Below are positions 46,572 through 56,139 of a stretch of DNA of 64,000 bases, piece after piece (the stretch's first letter is position 1; each line of letters begins with the position of its first letter). The notes beneath the pieces are model-generated. The model was given only the letters and a program-made list of their open reading frames with translations. It was not told the DNA's origin and made no database searches. The DNA comes from a phage: assembly GCA_017822615.1 (NCBI GenBank), contig GCA_017822615.1_4530.1. One strand, written 5' to 3'. The translations under genes and the position numbers were made by a program.

Positions 46572-49500
46572 TTAGGTTGTTGGCACATCTACTACTGGCG
46601 TTGGGCGAATAACCGCAGTATTACCTACAGAAACATTACTGGAATCATTAGGTATGGTTTTAATTCTAACTCCAGCACTTGTAGGCGTTACAATTGGATC
46701 TGCAATGTCTATTTTAACTGGGTTAGTCCACGTATCATTATCTTGATAAGGTGCACGAGTAATAACTGTGTCCAAATCTGCTCCACCTACGCCAGCACCA
46801 GGAATACGGATACGTGTCCCTGCTGACAGAGGGTAATGATACAACCAAGAAGCATTTGTTGCTGTCCCGTTAGGAGTCAAGTTCTGTGTCAGGAAGGTAT
46901 CTCCTGCCTGTGTAGCTCGAATACCGAAAGCTGGGATATCTGGAATATATGCCCCACTTGTTGTTACAAGGAAGAACGTATTATCCGCTTTGACTATCAT
47001 ATCACCTTTGTCAAACTCTTTCCCTGTTGGGAAATGCATTCCATCAATGTTTCGACTAGGATTAGGCTCTAAGTAATAAACTTTGCCCGTTGTCCCTACA
47101 ATAGCTCCAATACCACCTGCGATATTGGTATACATATTAGCTTCAACATTACAGTTGACACGATGAATATCCGAGTAACGGCAACGGCTCCACTGTGGAC
47201 GACCAGTAACCATCGTCTTGCCATCTGGGTAACAGTTTACGTTAACCATTTCAAGAACAGATTTTTCTCTACGGAAGAATCCATCATAAAATGTCCCTGG
47301 ACCAGATTCAGGTTGACCAACACAATCGAAGATATTACAGGTGATGTTAGACATTGAAAGCCAAGAAGCTATACCGAACAACTGCAATGCAGCGCAACGA
47401 ATATTTTCAAAGCTAACTCTGTTTTCATAACCTGGCCCAGCGGAAACTCCCGCAAAAACACGCCCAGTTTTGGTGTGAATGTTACGAACAGAATAGTTAA
47501 AGCATGGATTTGAAGGTCTGCCCTGTGCCGGAACTACCGGATTACCCTCTTCGTCCAGAACTGCGTTAGTTCCCCACTCCAAGTAAATCATACGGATATT
47601 ACTTGCAAGTGTGCTACCGTCTGTTTTAGGCTCTCCATAAACACCATCAATCGTAAAGTCTTTACTTCCATACATTACAACTGCGCCAGTTGCCAAACCT
47701 GTCCCAACAGATACGGTTTGATCTGGATCGCCATGAATGTTTTCGATAGAAATATTACGACCAACTTCTACGTGGACAATCTGACGGCAACGTTTTGCAA
47801 AAACGTTACGAATTGTAATGTTCTTACAATATTGATCATCAGGGATTCCGTAACCATATGGTCCTTTACCAGCTACACCGATACCGATACCCCAGTTCGA
47901 CAGAGGAATAGGAGCATTAGTTCCATCGATATTAGACAGGTAAATATTCTCAATCACACAACCATCGTCATAATGTTTATTGATGACGTTCAGTTCTATT
48001 GCATCACCTTGCATGTCCATGAAGGTAAGGTTACGGAAGACACCACGTGTTACTGGTTCCCCTGTTCCTTGTTGAAGGATGCCGTATAACCCATTTTTAA
48101 AAGTACAATTATCAATTTCAAAAGTACCTGATATTGGGTTGCCTTGGAATACCAAGCTACCAACTTGACCCGCGCGAGGAGCACCGTCCCACAAACAATC
48201 GAACATGCGCACAGCACCACCCCAATACATAACACGAGAGTTACGGAAAGTTGTGCCTTCTACTGTAGCATTTTGCACACGATAGTCGCGTTGACCACGG
48301 AACACACCCCCACGCAAAGTGATACCTTGAATATCAAAAGAGCTTGTCGTGAAAGTCATATCGCAACCGTAAGCATCGAGAATCTTGCTTTTCGAAGCTT
48401 TTGCTGCTAACAGTGCCGCTTGGAAAGCTGCTTCTGGTGTGGTATATGCTGTTGTGTTGTTAGCAAATTCTGACAAGTAGACAACATCGAATAAATCGTT
48501 GTATGTTCCACCACGAGGGGTTAACAGTCCTTCTGTATTGGTCAGAACCCATGCATTTGGACCTAATCCACCGCTTGTCTCCAATGTATCGGAGGCCAAA
48601 ATACTTTTTGGTAAACTTCCAGCCCAACGATAACGACCAGCGCCACGTCCAATCGTCTGATTTTTAGCTGTCAGAGTTACATTATTACCAAAGCTTGTAG
48701 GCAAATGAACAAACTGTCCACGCTCAACAGCCAGTGCAGAAAGGTCTACAGATCCTCCAGAATAAGTCATTACTCCAGAAACAGACAAGGATGTTAAAGT
48801 GCCTGTAATGTTAGGAGGTAATGTGTAGGAAGACTGCGCTACCGGATCATACAGAGCTTTAATCCCTGTTAACGATTGACCTGCTGTTGCGTAAGCCACC
48901 TCATCATCTAACAAACCATACTTACGAGCAATAGTTTGCAGAGGGACTTTATCCATGCTTTCTGTTAGTTCTTCCGTTTTTGTTTCTAAACTAACAAGAC
49001 GGTTCTCTAGATTAGGATCTGTATCTGCTGAAGCTACGATTTTGCCAATATAAGCAAAAAGTTTGTTTGGCAGTCCTGTTGCAGGATCGTGTCCCAAAGG
49101 TTCAGATAAGATGATCTTACTATCTTCTATACGGAAAGCTTCCCCCAGAACCTGAATAACACCATTGATCGTAACAATAGCACTATCAAAGATGTAAGGA
49201 GGACTAATTACTGTTTCATAACCAGTTGCACCAGAATATACCCAAGGGGTGACTTCTGTTGCCAATTGTTCTGTCTTCAGTCCCCACAATACCCAGTTGT
49301 TATCTCCTACTGGAGTCCCTTGCATAGGGATTGGGTTAACCAATGTAGCGTTAGGGGCATAGTAATAACCGCTCAATACTCCATTCTGGAAATAACGAAG
49401 TTGGTTAAAAACTGTTTCGTTTGTGCCTTGCGCCCAATCCAATGGGCTTTTAAAGAAAAAGTTGTCAACAAGGGCTTTTCTCAGGGTTGGTATCAACCCT

Positions 49501-49625
49501 GATTCTGTTTCAATACTCTCTGTAGCACTTCCATTAATAACATCATGGAGTTGGTTAGATGAGAAAATAACCAGGTCTACGCCCTGTTCGAGAGACGTTG
49601 CTGGATATGTTGGGAATGTTGCCAT
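46572..49625 (-). CDS. tail fibre/tailspike with beta-helix-like (pectate-lyase-type) central region
   Basis: 1017 aa; repeated short segments such as NITIRNV...ISIENIHG...FTIDGVYG typical of right-handed beta-helix. Confidence 0.5.
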   Translation of the reverse strand: MATFPTYPATSLEQGVDLVIFSSNQLHDVINGSATESIETESGLIPTLRKALVDNFFFKSPLDWAQGTNETVFNQLRYFQNGVLSGYYYAPNATLVNPIPMQGTPVGDNNWVLWGLKTEQLATEVTPWVYSGATGYETVISPPYIFDSAIVTINGVIQVLGEAFRIEDSKIILSEPLGHDPATGLPNKLFAYIGKIVASADTDPNLENRLVSLETKTEELTESMDKVPLQTIARKYGLLDDEVAYATAGQSLTGIKALYDPVAQSSYTLPPNITGTLTSLSVSGVMTYSGGSVDLSALAVERGQFVHLPTSFGNNVTLTAKNQTIGRGAGRYRWAGSLPKSILASDTLETSGGLGPNAWVLTNTEGLLTPRGGTYNDLFDVVYLSEFANNTTAYTTPEAAFQAALLAAKASKSKILDAYGCDMTFTTSSFDIQGITLRGGVFRGQRDYRVQNATVEGTTFRNSRVMYWGGAVRMFDCLWDGAPRAGQVGSLVFQGNPISGTFEIDNCTFKNGLYGILQQGTGEPVTRGVFRNLTFMDMQGDAIELNVINKHYDDGCVIENIYLSNIDGTNAPIPLSNWGIGIGVAGKGPYGYGIPDDQYCKNITIRNVFAKRCRQIVHVEVGRNISIENIHGDPDQTVSVGTGLATGAVVMYGSKDFTIDGVYGEPKTDGSTLASNIRMIYLEWGTNAVLDEEGNPVVPAQGRPSNPCFNYSVRNIHTKTGRVFAGVSAGPGYENRVSFENIRCAALQLFGIASWLSMSNITCNIFDCVGQPESGPGTFYDGFFRREKSVLEMVNVNCYPDGKTMVTGRPQWSRCRYSDIHRVNCNVEANMYTNIAGGIGAIVGTTGKVYYLEPNPSRNIDGMHFPTGKEFDKGDMIVKADNTFFLVTTSGAYIPDIPAFGIRATQAGDTFLTQNLTPNGTATNASWLYHYPLSAGTRIRIPGAGVGGADLDTVITRAPYQDNDTWTNPVKIDIADPIVTPTSAGVRIKTIPNDSSNVSVGNTAVIRPTPVVDVPTT

Positions 49626-49628
49626 TAA

Positions 49629-49964
49629 TTACCCCTTATTCTGTGTACGTTTAACTATGTCATCTAGCATCATTTGGATAGTCGCATTCTTGAGGTCCAT
49701 AATCTTTTCAATTTTTTGCTCAAGGGTGTTATTATTTGCCATTAATGTAGAGTTAATTTGATTTAGCATCTGGGTAAGTTCGGCTTTAGTTGCATAAGTT
49801 GATTCAACAAAGACCAACTTCTTCTCTAGCTCTCGACTTTTCTCCTCCATTTCCTCAAGATCAGAGCCGAATTTATCCATTTTTTGTTTGAAAAAGAACC
49901 AGATGACTCCGATTAAAGGGATTATTGCATCCTTTGCAAGTCCCCATGCTTCTTGAAATTCCAT
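49629..49964 (-). CDS. small membrane-anchored coiled-coil protein
   Basis: 111 aa; N-terminal hydrophobic segment then coiled-coil heptads. Confidence 0.4.
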   Translation of the reverse strand: MEFQEAWGLAKDAIIPLIGVIWFFFKQKMDKFGSDLEEMEEKSRELEKKLVFVESTYATKAELTQMLNQINSTLMANNNTLEQKIEKIMDLKNATIQMMLDDIVKRTQNKG

Positions 49965-49973
49965 AGTGATCCC

Positions 49974-50519
49974 TTATTCTGTCGGTAATGTAGGCCAATC
50001 TATAGCGTAAGGATAGTCTTTTTGAAGCGGAACACGATTTAGTTTAACTACATAAACTTGAAGATTTTTAAGATAAGCTAATTCGTCTTCAGTAGCCATT
50101 TCTAAATCTTTAGCATACTGTAAAGGTGTTATAAGTGCTACCGCTGTTTCTTGTAAAGAGCGAATTTTTGCACTAGCTTGTGTCATCAACTCTTCACGGG
50201 AATACTCTTTATCCTTAAGAGTTAAGGTTTCTAAATCCAGAACCTTGTTCCTAATATCCTCAAAAGTATCTATATTAAAGTCTACTTGTGCTATAGAAAG
50301 ATCTTCAGGGCAAAGCAGTGTAGGATCAGTATTCCAAAACACAATACGATTTTGATCATCAAAAACGACTTTCATTTTATCGTTATTGAATTCTGTGCTA
50401 CGTAAATCATACCAATCGTAACCTTGATCGCAACGAAGAAAAAGAATGTTCTCTGCTTCTACCAATTCTTTTAGTTCAGGGTCTTCAGGAATATATTTTT
50501 TAAAGTTTGTAAATATCAT
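49974..50519 (-). CDS. hypothetical protein (possible tail fibre assembly factor)
   Basis: 181 aa immediately downstream of a fibre gene; by position only. Confidence 0.35.
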   Translation of the reverse strand: MIFTNFKKYIPEDPELKELVEAENILFLRCDQGYDWYDLRSTEFNNDKMKVVFDDQNRIVFWNTDPTLLCPEDLSIAQVDFNIDTFEDIRNKVLDLETLTLKDKEYSREELMTQASAKIRSLQETAVALITPLQYAKDLEMATEDELAYLKNLQVYVVKLNRVPLQKDYPYAIDWPTLPTE

Positions 50520-51581
50520 TTAGCCTCCAATATCGTACCAGTTTCCGTTAACGTTGCGCTGGAGGCGTTTGAAGTAAACCCCACCGATGTTATCCGCAGA
50601 GCTACGTCCTGTTTCCTGTACGATAATACCAGAAAGAACATAACCAGAAGAACAGATATAAGTCCAAGAAACCTCGTTCCCTGGTGGATAATACACACCT
50701 TGGCTAGTATAACGAATATCTCTTACAAAGGTTCCGTTAGCATAGTTGTAGTTATTTGTAATCTGACTTTGATGATTACTTTCTACATTGTTTATACGAG
50801 AAGAGAGGTTGTTGTTAACATTATTCAAGTTGTTTTGAACAGTGTTAATATTCGTCTGCAATGTGTTCTGAAGGGAAGTCAAACGAGAGTTCAGATAATC
50901 TAAACGAACTAAAGCATTTCCGTTAGAAGTATCTTGTCCACTGTTTGATCTTGGATTATCTATTAGAACATAACCTGCGTCATATAAACGAATACCTGCC
51001 GATACACTACCTGTGCTAGGATTTCTACGATAGATGTAAAGCTGACCTCCGCTTTGATACTCGGCAGAAATCTCACCATTTGTTTGTCCTGCAAAGTTTT
51101 TGAAGAACAGTGTTGCAGGATCTGTTGTGGAAGTACCGTTAACATAAACATCGCCACCATAAATAGCACCACCCGCATCACGTTTTACCAGCACGTTTGG
51201 TGTTACTGTTGAACTAGTGGCATCTGTAATGTTTGCCGACAAGTGATTATGACTGTTATCTTGAACTTGGATAGATAAAGTAACTTCTTTGTTACCGTTC
51301 CAAGTAGCCTCACCAGTAGCATCACCTGCCATTGTAATCTTAGTTCCCACTAAAGGCAAGTAGGTATTAGGTAAAGTTGGAAGAAAGTCATCCACCAAAT
51401 AGCGAATCCATAAACCGATATTATTAAGAATCCAGTTCATTTCTTCGCAAGTCATGATTTGACCATAATCCATACCAACTGTGCGGATGGTTTCTTTAGG
51501 TCTAATTTTGTTTGTGTTTAAAGTTCCTGGGAGCGTTACAGTTTGTGTAGCCCAGTCAGGATAATATATTGGCTTCGCCAT
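50520..51581 (-). CDS. tail fibre protein
   Basis: 353 aa, N/T/S/G-rich with NLNNVNNNLSSRINNVESN repeat. Confidence 0.45.
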   Translation of the reverse strand: MAKPIYYPDWATQTVTLPGTLNTNKIRPKETIRTVGMDYGQIMTCEEMNWILNNIGLWIRYLVDDFLPTLPNTYLPLVGTKITMAGDATGEATWNGNKEVTLSIQVQDNSHNHLSANITDATSSTVTPNVLVKRDAGGAIYGGDVYVNGTSTTDPATLFFKNFAGQTNGEISAEYQSGGQLYIYRRNPSTGSVSAGIRLYDAGYVLIDNPRSNSGQDTSNGNALVRLDYLNSRLTSLQNTLQTNINTVQNNLNNVNNNLSSRINNVESNHQSQITNNYNYANGTFVRDIRYTSQGVYYPPGNEVSWTYICSSGYVLSGIIVQETGRSSADNIGGVYFKRLQRNVNGNWYDIGG

Positions 51582-51590
51582 TTAAACTCC

Positions 51591-52220
51591 TTAATCTATT
51601 TGCTTGAGAAGCGTACACATGCGTCCTGTTTCATCCCCAGTAGATTCCATGTACAGGGAACCTAAACCACCAATACCATGAGGCGGTTTGGTAGCATAAT
51701 AAGAACTAAAACCAAAAGCTGATCCTGCTTTTGCTCCAAGACGGTAGCTACTAATAATAGGGAAAACACTTAGCAACTGCTCTAAAGCTTGATCAGATTG
51801 AAGACACAGGTTGTAGAAAAACACATCAAAGGTTTTATTCAAACCTACGTAAGTATTAAGCGTTTCACGCTCTGTTCCTGTGAAACGGGCGAAGATATCA
51901 ATTATGTCACCACGAGTCCCCGATGAGGCTACGCGGTAAGCCCTGATTTTTAATATTGTTCTATACTCTTCATCATCAGAGCCATTACGTTCGATCCCCA
52001 TTTCTTCCCCTAGAATATCTAGGTATTTGCCTGTGGCTGTAGAGATCAAGCGGTGTTTAGCAAGATAGATCATTGCCTGATCTATCTTTTGCTTTTCACT
52101 GGATACGATGTAGAGGAGCTTGACAATGTTAGGAGAAGATTTAAAATCTTCAATCAGAAGGTTTTTAACGTCTTCATTGATACTGGCCCAAGTTGTTACA
52201 TGGTCAACACTCACTGCCAT
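51591..52220 (-). CDS. baseplate protein (gpI/XkdU-like)
   Basis: 209 aa; position after J-like gene and weak pattern similarity. Confidence 0.4.
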   Translation of the reverse strand: MAVSVDHVTTWASINEDVKNLLIEDFKSSPNIVKLLYIVSSEKQKIDQAMIYLAKHRLISTATGKYLDILGEEMGIERNGSDDEEYRTILKIRAYRVASSGTRGDIIDIFARFTGTERETLNTYVGLNKTFDVFFYNLCLQSDQALEQLLSVFPIISSYRLGAKAGSAFGFSSYYATKPPHGIGGLGSLYMESTGDETGRMCTLLKQID

Positions 52221-52222
52221 TT

Positions 52223-53710
52223 TTACACTCCATACTCGTAAGAAATGTTATCAAGGTCAAAAGAAGGGACAACATTATAAGCAGGAACTATATTATTCTC
52301 TGTATATTTACTGTCATCCTCAGTATTAAGTTTAACATAAACACGAAGAGAAGTCAAGCGTCCAAAAGCAAGTGCTGCATAAATAACACCTTTGATTTGA
52401 TCGTTCGTTACTGAAGAACCTAATTCAAAGTAAGCTTGCAGGTTTTGTAAAGCTTCTACGATGTTTTGTTTTTCTGTTCCACTTAAAGTTGTTCCGTTGA
52501 CAGTTTGATAAACAAGTTTTACAGAATACATAGCAGAAGCACCAGGAGAGAAGCGAATAATTTCTTGTCCTCCATCTTCTGTTGTAACTGTTATGTTAGT
52601 TGTTCCGTGTGTCAAAGTGTTGATTGGTTTGGTTTTATAAATAACATTTGCAATTTCTTCTGCACTGCCACCATAAACTATAGTCTGGAAAGTCATAGCT
52701 GGAGCGTGTTCTTGATCATGTAACGTAGGGTTATCATAAATCTTCACCTTAGTAACACCATCTGTAAGCAACAGAGCTTTCACAATAGCTGCTCGTGTCC
52801 CTGCGTTAGCTTCATCAACGTTGTCATTGAAACGAGAGCGGAATTCTGCGTCTGTCTCAACATCTCGACCAGGAGAAAATGAATAGAAGTTACCACTGTC
52901 AAGATAACCTGTAAAGGTAGAAGATATCCCTGTAATAGACTCCACACCAACAGGATTGTATCCTTTCTCTGCTGCAACTACCGGAATCTCACTCCATTTG
53001 GTTCCAACCGGAACACTAGCATAAAATTTAATAGGAGTTACCAGCCCCACTGGAGTATCACTGGTTAAAGAAGTAAAACCAATTGATAAGTTACCTGAAT
53101 CAGAAAATACAAGACTACGATCAGCTTCTGTTAAATTTGCCTTGATAAAAGTTTCAAGATCGGTTATAAATGTAGAAGAACCAGGTGCAAGTGTTTTACT
53201 GTTTAGTCCTCCATCGACCGCACTTTGTGCATAAAAAGTAATATTTGGAACACCTGTAGCAGTTGCATTAGCACGAGAGATTTGATAAGCTGCAATCTTA
53301 GCATTCAACATAGTTGGTGTGCTAACATAGTAGTTCATATCACTATCAGAGTTGAAATAAATATCTGTGCCTAGCTCATAAGTCCAAGCTGCTTTGTTAT
53401 TACTCTTAACATATGCATAACCTGTACTTGCTGCTGCACCTGCTCGATAGAAACCGCGTTTAGAAAAGATTTCATCAAGATAAATACCTTCTGCACCATC
53501 CAGTGTTTGAGTATTATAAACACCTTGCATACCTTCCCACAATGTGTAATCTGTGTATGCAATTATTCTAAACAGTTGTCCGATCACAGTATCTTCCGAA
53601 GTGGCTGCATCTGCACCAAATGTGTTTTTTACTGCTGTCATGTAGTTGTTTAAAACATCGTCAAAAGTCGGGATTACAAATCCCGCATCTGTCAAACCAT
53701 ATTCGTCCAT
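52223..53710 (-). CDS. baseplate wedge protein (gpJ-like)
   Basis: 495 aa; N-terminal PTFDDVLNNY...GQLFRIIAYTDYTLWEGMQGVYN pattern resembles Baseplate_J family. Confidence 0.45.
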   Translation of the reverse strand: MDEYGLTDAGFVIPTFDDVLNNYMTAVKNTFGADAATSEDTVIGQLFRIIAYTDYTLWEGMQGVYNTQTLDGAEGIYLDEIFSKRGFYRAGAAASTGYAYVKSNNKAAWTYELGTDIYFNSDSDMNYYVSTPTMLNAKIAAYQISRANATATGVPNITFYAQSAVDGGLNSKTLAPGSSTFITDLETFIKANLTEADRSLVFSDSGNLSIGFTSLTSDTPVGLVTPIKFYASVPVGTKWSEIPVVAAEKGYNPVGVESITGISSTFTGYLDSGNFYSFSPGRDVETDAEFRSRFNDNVDEANAGTRAAIVKALLLTDGVTKVKIYDNPTLHDQEHAPAMTFQTIVYGGSAEEIANVIYKTKPINTLTHGTTNITVTTEDGGQEIIRFSPGASAMYSVKLVYQTVNGTTLSGTEKQNIVEALQNLQAYFELGSSVTNDQIKGVIYAALAFGRLTSLRVYVKLNTEDDSKYTENNIVPAYNVVPSFDLDNISYEYGV

Positions 53711-53952
53711 TAGTCATCCTCTTTGGTAGATTGTGATCTGCCCCAGCGTAAATCAATAAGATTTTTCATGAGGCGAGAAGGAGTTATCATGAAAACAAAA
53801 GCCCAACCCATCCATTCAGGAATTTCTTTTTCTATTCCTAAAAAGATAAACATGCCTGTCATAACCGACATGCCTACAGCGTTCCAGACTTTCGTAGAAC
53901 TGACTTTATTATCAGGATATGTACAGAACATACCTATTAAAAATTTTCTCAT
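53710..53952 (-). CDS. small membrane protein
   Basis: 80 aa, two TM segments. Confidence 0.4.
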   Translation of the reverse strand: MRKFLIGMFCTYPDNKVSSTKVWNAVGMSVMTGMFIFLGIEKEIPEWMGWAFVFMITPSRLMKNLIDLRWGRSQSTKEDD

Positions 53953-54098
53953 AGTGCGTTCTCATTACTTTTTAAATCACGATATGCAGCTAATTCCCCA
54001 AGGTCTACAGAACCCGCTGAATGCACAAGTACAGCAGCACTAAGACTAATGGCAGTAGTACCTGGGGCAATACCGCCTTGGGAGAACATTTCGTTCAT
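53949..54098 (-). CDS. small hypothetical protein (49 aa)
   Basis: not in track; AGAGG RBS, ATGA overlap with downstream gene. Confidence 0.3.
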   Translation of the reverse strand: MNEMFSQGGIAPGTTAISLSAAVLVHSAGSVDLGELAAYRDLKSNENAL

Positions 54099-54148
54099 AA
54101 GTACCTCTTTGTTTTTCTAAGAAACCCCCTCCGAAGAGGGGTTTGTTA

Positions 54149-56131
54149 TTAAGATCCTGAAGACTTAACCCATGTAAAGGTGTCTCCACGATAAATAACT
54201 TCGTATCCGAGAGTAGTGTCGAAATACTTTTGCCATGCGTAAGGCTGGCTAGGTCTATTGGCTGTAGTACCGCCTTCGTTTAGCCCGTAACTGAAGCGTC
54301 CGGTGCCGTTTGCGCTAAAGAACTCACCTCGCACGGTATCGATACTCCAAGTATTTAATAGCTTCTTGCAAATCATCTTACCTGTGGCAGTGCTACGCAC
54401 TTCAGTAGTACGCGCCTCCAACATATCAGTAAAGATGAAATTCATCTGATTGCCTGATGTGTTGTAGCAGGTAAATTGCATTTCATCTGTACCATAACCA
54501 GCCTGAATAGTTACGGCAATAGGCCTGGTTGCATTGGTATTACGCACCTCATTACACCAGCGCGAGTTAGTAACTGTACCTGATGCAGTGAACTCCTGGT
54601 ATATCTTAGAGTTCGTGCGAATGCCTGCTGCTGCCGGGTTATGAATCTCAGGGTAAGTAAACTTACTACGGTCATACGTTATGTTGTTGAAAGTATAATT
54701 GCCGACATCTCCCGATATATTGTTTGTAATGGCAATAGGGTGAGTAAGCGTAGTACTACGGTTAATGATGTTTAGGTTATCAATTGTGATACCACCTGCA
54801 GTACCCCCTGCATAGTTATTGTAAATACCAATAGCTACACCATACGGGGAACTGGTATCACCTACCTGGTTACAGTTCAAACTTGTCATATTACGGATAT
54901 GGAACTTACAATCATCTCGCCACTTAACAGTTTGCAGTTCCTGATTCTTACTGTTACGCCCATAAACGGAATCAATAGTAATATTGCCGGACACGCCCCC
55001 GTCACCACGGATTTCTATACAACGTTGGCATCCAATAGATGATACGGACCCTACGGTAACGTTTATAGGTTGTGATACACCAGTAAGTTGGTGTACTGCA
55101 AACAGGAGTGCAGGCCCAGCGTTATTAACACCTCGTACAGAACCTATTACTAAATCAATGATAAATTCAGAAGATACGTCAGGCTCCACGTCAATAGTAG
55201 CCCACGGACCTGCCGAAGCTCCTTGAATACTAACTCCTACACTATCTTCGATATATAAACCACGGCATGAGATAACACTTATACCTTGTCTACGAGAACG
55301 GGTGTATACACCAGTACCGGTAATTGCACCTCCGTACTGTTGGTCGTCGTTAACGAACCAAAGGATACTATCGCCCCAACAATAACTGATGTTTGGTGAA
55401 TCAATCACAAGGTTGCTACTGTTGAAGTTGCGAATACCATAACCCCATTCACCTGTAGTCCCTGTATGTGTTTCAACATCACCAACAATAACAGGGTTAA
55501 TTATTTTTGAGTTATGAGCATAGTAAGCGTCTATGATGACATATCGCCCTGATTCTACTGCATCCATTTTTAAAGACGCACCAGCAGAAAATTCGATGTC
55601 TATATTTTGGCGGGTCATTCTCAGCCCCATAGGATATGTTTCACTCCTGACAGGGTCCAAAGTATCCACGAGAACAATTCTATGCTCTCCTGGCGGAATG
55701 GTTACTTTATTAGGGGTCAATTCATATGCGGTTTTCAGAAGAGGCATGATGTCGTCTCCGCTTTTTACAGCCCCCCAATTTCTTAAATCGTCGATATCAA
55801 ATCCATTAAGTAATCCAACGCACTGCCACGAGTCGTCAGGGGAGGAACCGGCACCTACAGTTATAGTGCCGTATTTGGGTGTGTAATAATAACCGTTTGT
55901 TGTGTTTTTTAGAGCTGATACACCCTCAGTTGCGCTTCCTCCTGATAAGAAAGATCCTTCAGACTTAACTAATTGGAGTGGTTTTAGTGTATTATTAGCC
56001 CAGCTTCCAACCGTGTCAGTAAGAAAGTTGGAAACTGTGCTTTTAACAGTCTTATCAGGTTGGTCTAAAACCAGGTAATCAGAACCATTAACTTTTGATG
56101 TTTCGGGTAAATTAGTAATTGTAGTTGACAT
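54149..56131 (-). CDS. tailspike-like protein with beta-helix signatures
   Basis: 660 aa; IDLVIGSVRGVNN...INVTVGSVSSIG...ITIDSVYGRN repeats. Confidence 0.5.
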   Translation of the reverse strand: MSTTITNLPETSKVNGSDYLVLDQPDKTVKSTVSNFLTDTVGSWANNTLKPLQLVKSEGSFLSGGSATEGVSALKNTTNGYYYTPKYGTITVGAGSSPDDSWQCVGLLNGFDIDDLRNWGAVKSGDDIMPLLKTAYELTPNKVTIPPGEHRIVLVDTLDPVRSETYPMGLRMTRQNIDIEFSAGASLKMDAVESGRYVIIDAYYAHNSKIINPVIVGDVETHTGTTGEWGYGIRNFNSSNLVIDSPNISYCWGDSILWFVNDDQQYGGAITGTGVYTRSRRQGISVISCRGLYIEDSVGVSIQGASAGPWATIDVEPDVSSEFIIDLVIGSVRGVNNAGPALLFAVHQLTGVSQPINVTVGSVSSIGCQRCIEIRGDGGVSGNITIDSVYGRNSKNQELQTVKWRDDCKFHIRNMTSLNCNQVGDTSSPYGVAIGIYNNYAGGTAGGITIDNLNIINRSTTLTHPIAITNNISGDVGNYTFNNITYDRSKFTYPEIHNPAAAGIRTNSKIYQEFTASGTVTNSRWCNEVRNTNATRPIAVTIQAGYGTDEMQFTCYNTSGNQMNFIFTDMLEARTTEVRSTATGKMICKKLLNTWSIDTVRGEFFSANGTGRFSYGLNEGGTTANRPSQPYAWQKYFDTTLGYEVIYRGDTFTWVKSSGS

Positions 56132-56139
56132 TTTTACTC

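Noticed and set aside
47718-48089. Plus-strand ORFs inside the leftward structural block (also 44902..45237, 55533..55886, 53723..54043)
   Set aside because: Embedded antisense in long minus-strand structural genes; compositions look like mirror translations (Cys/Ser-rich junk); no RBS.
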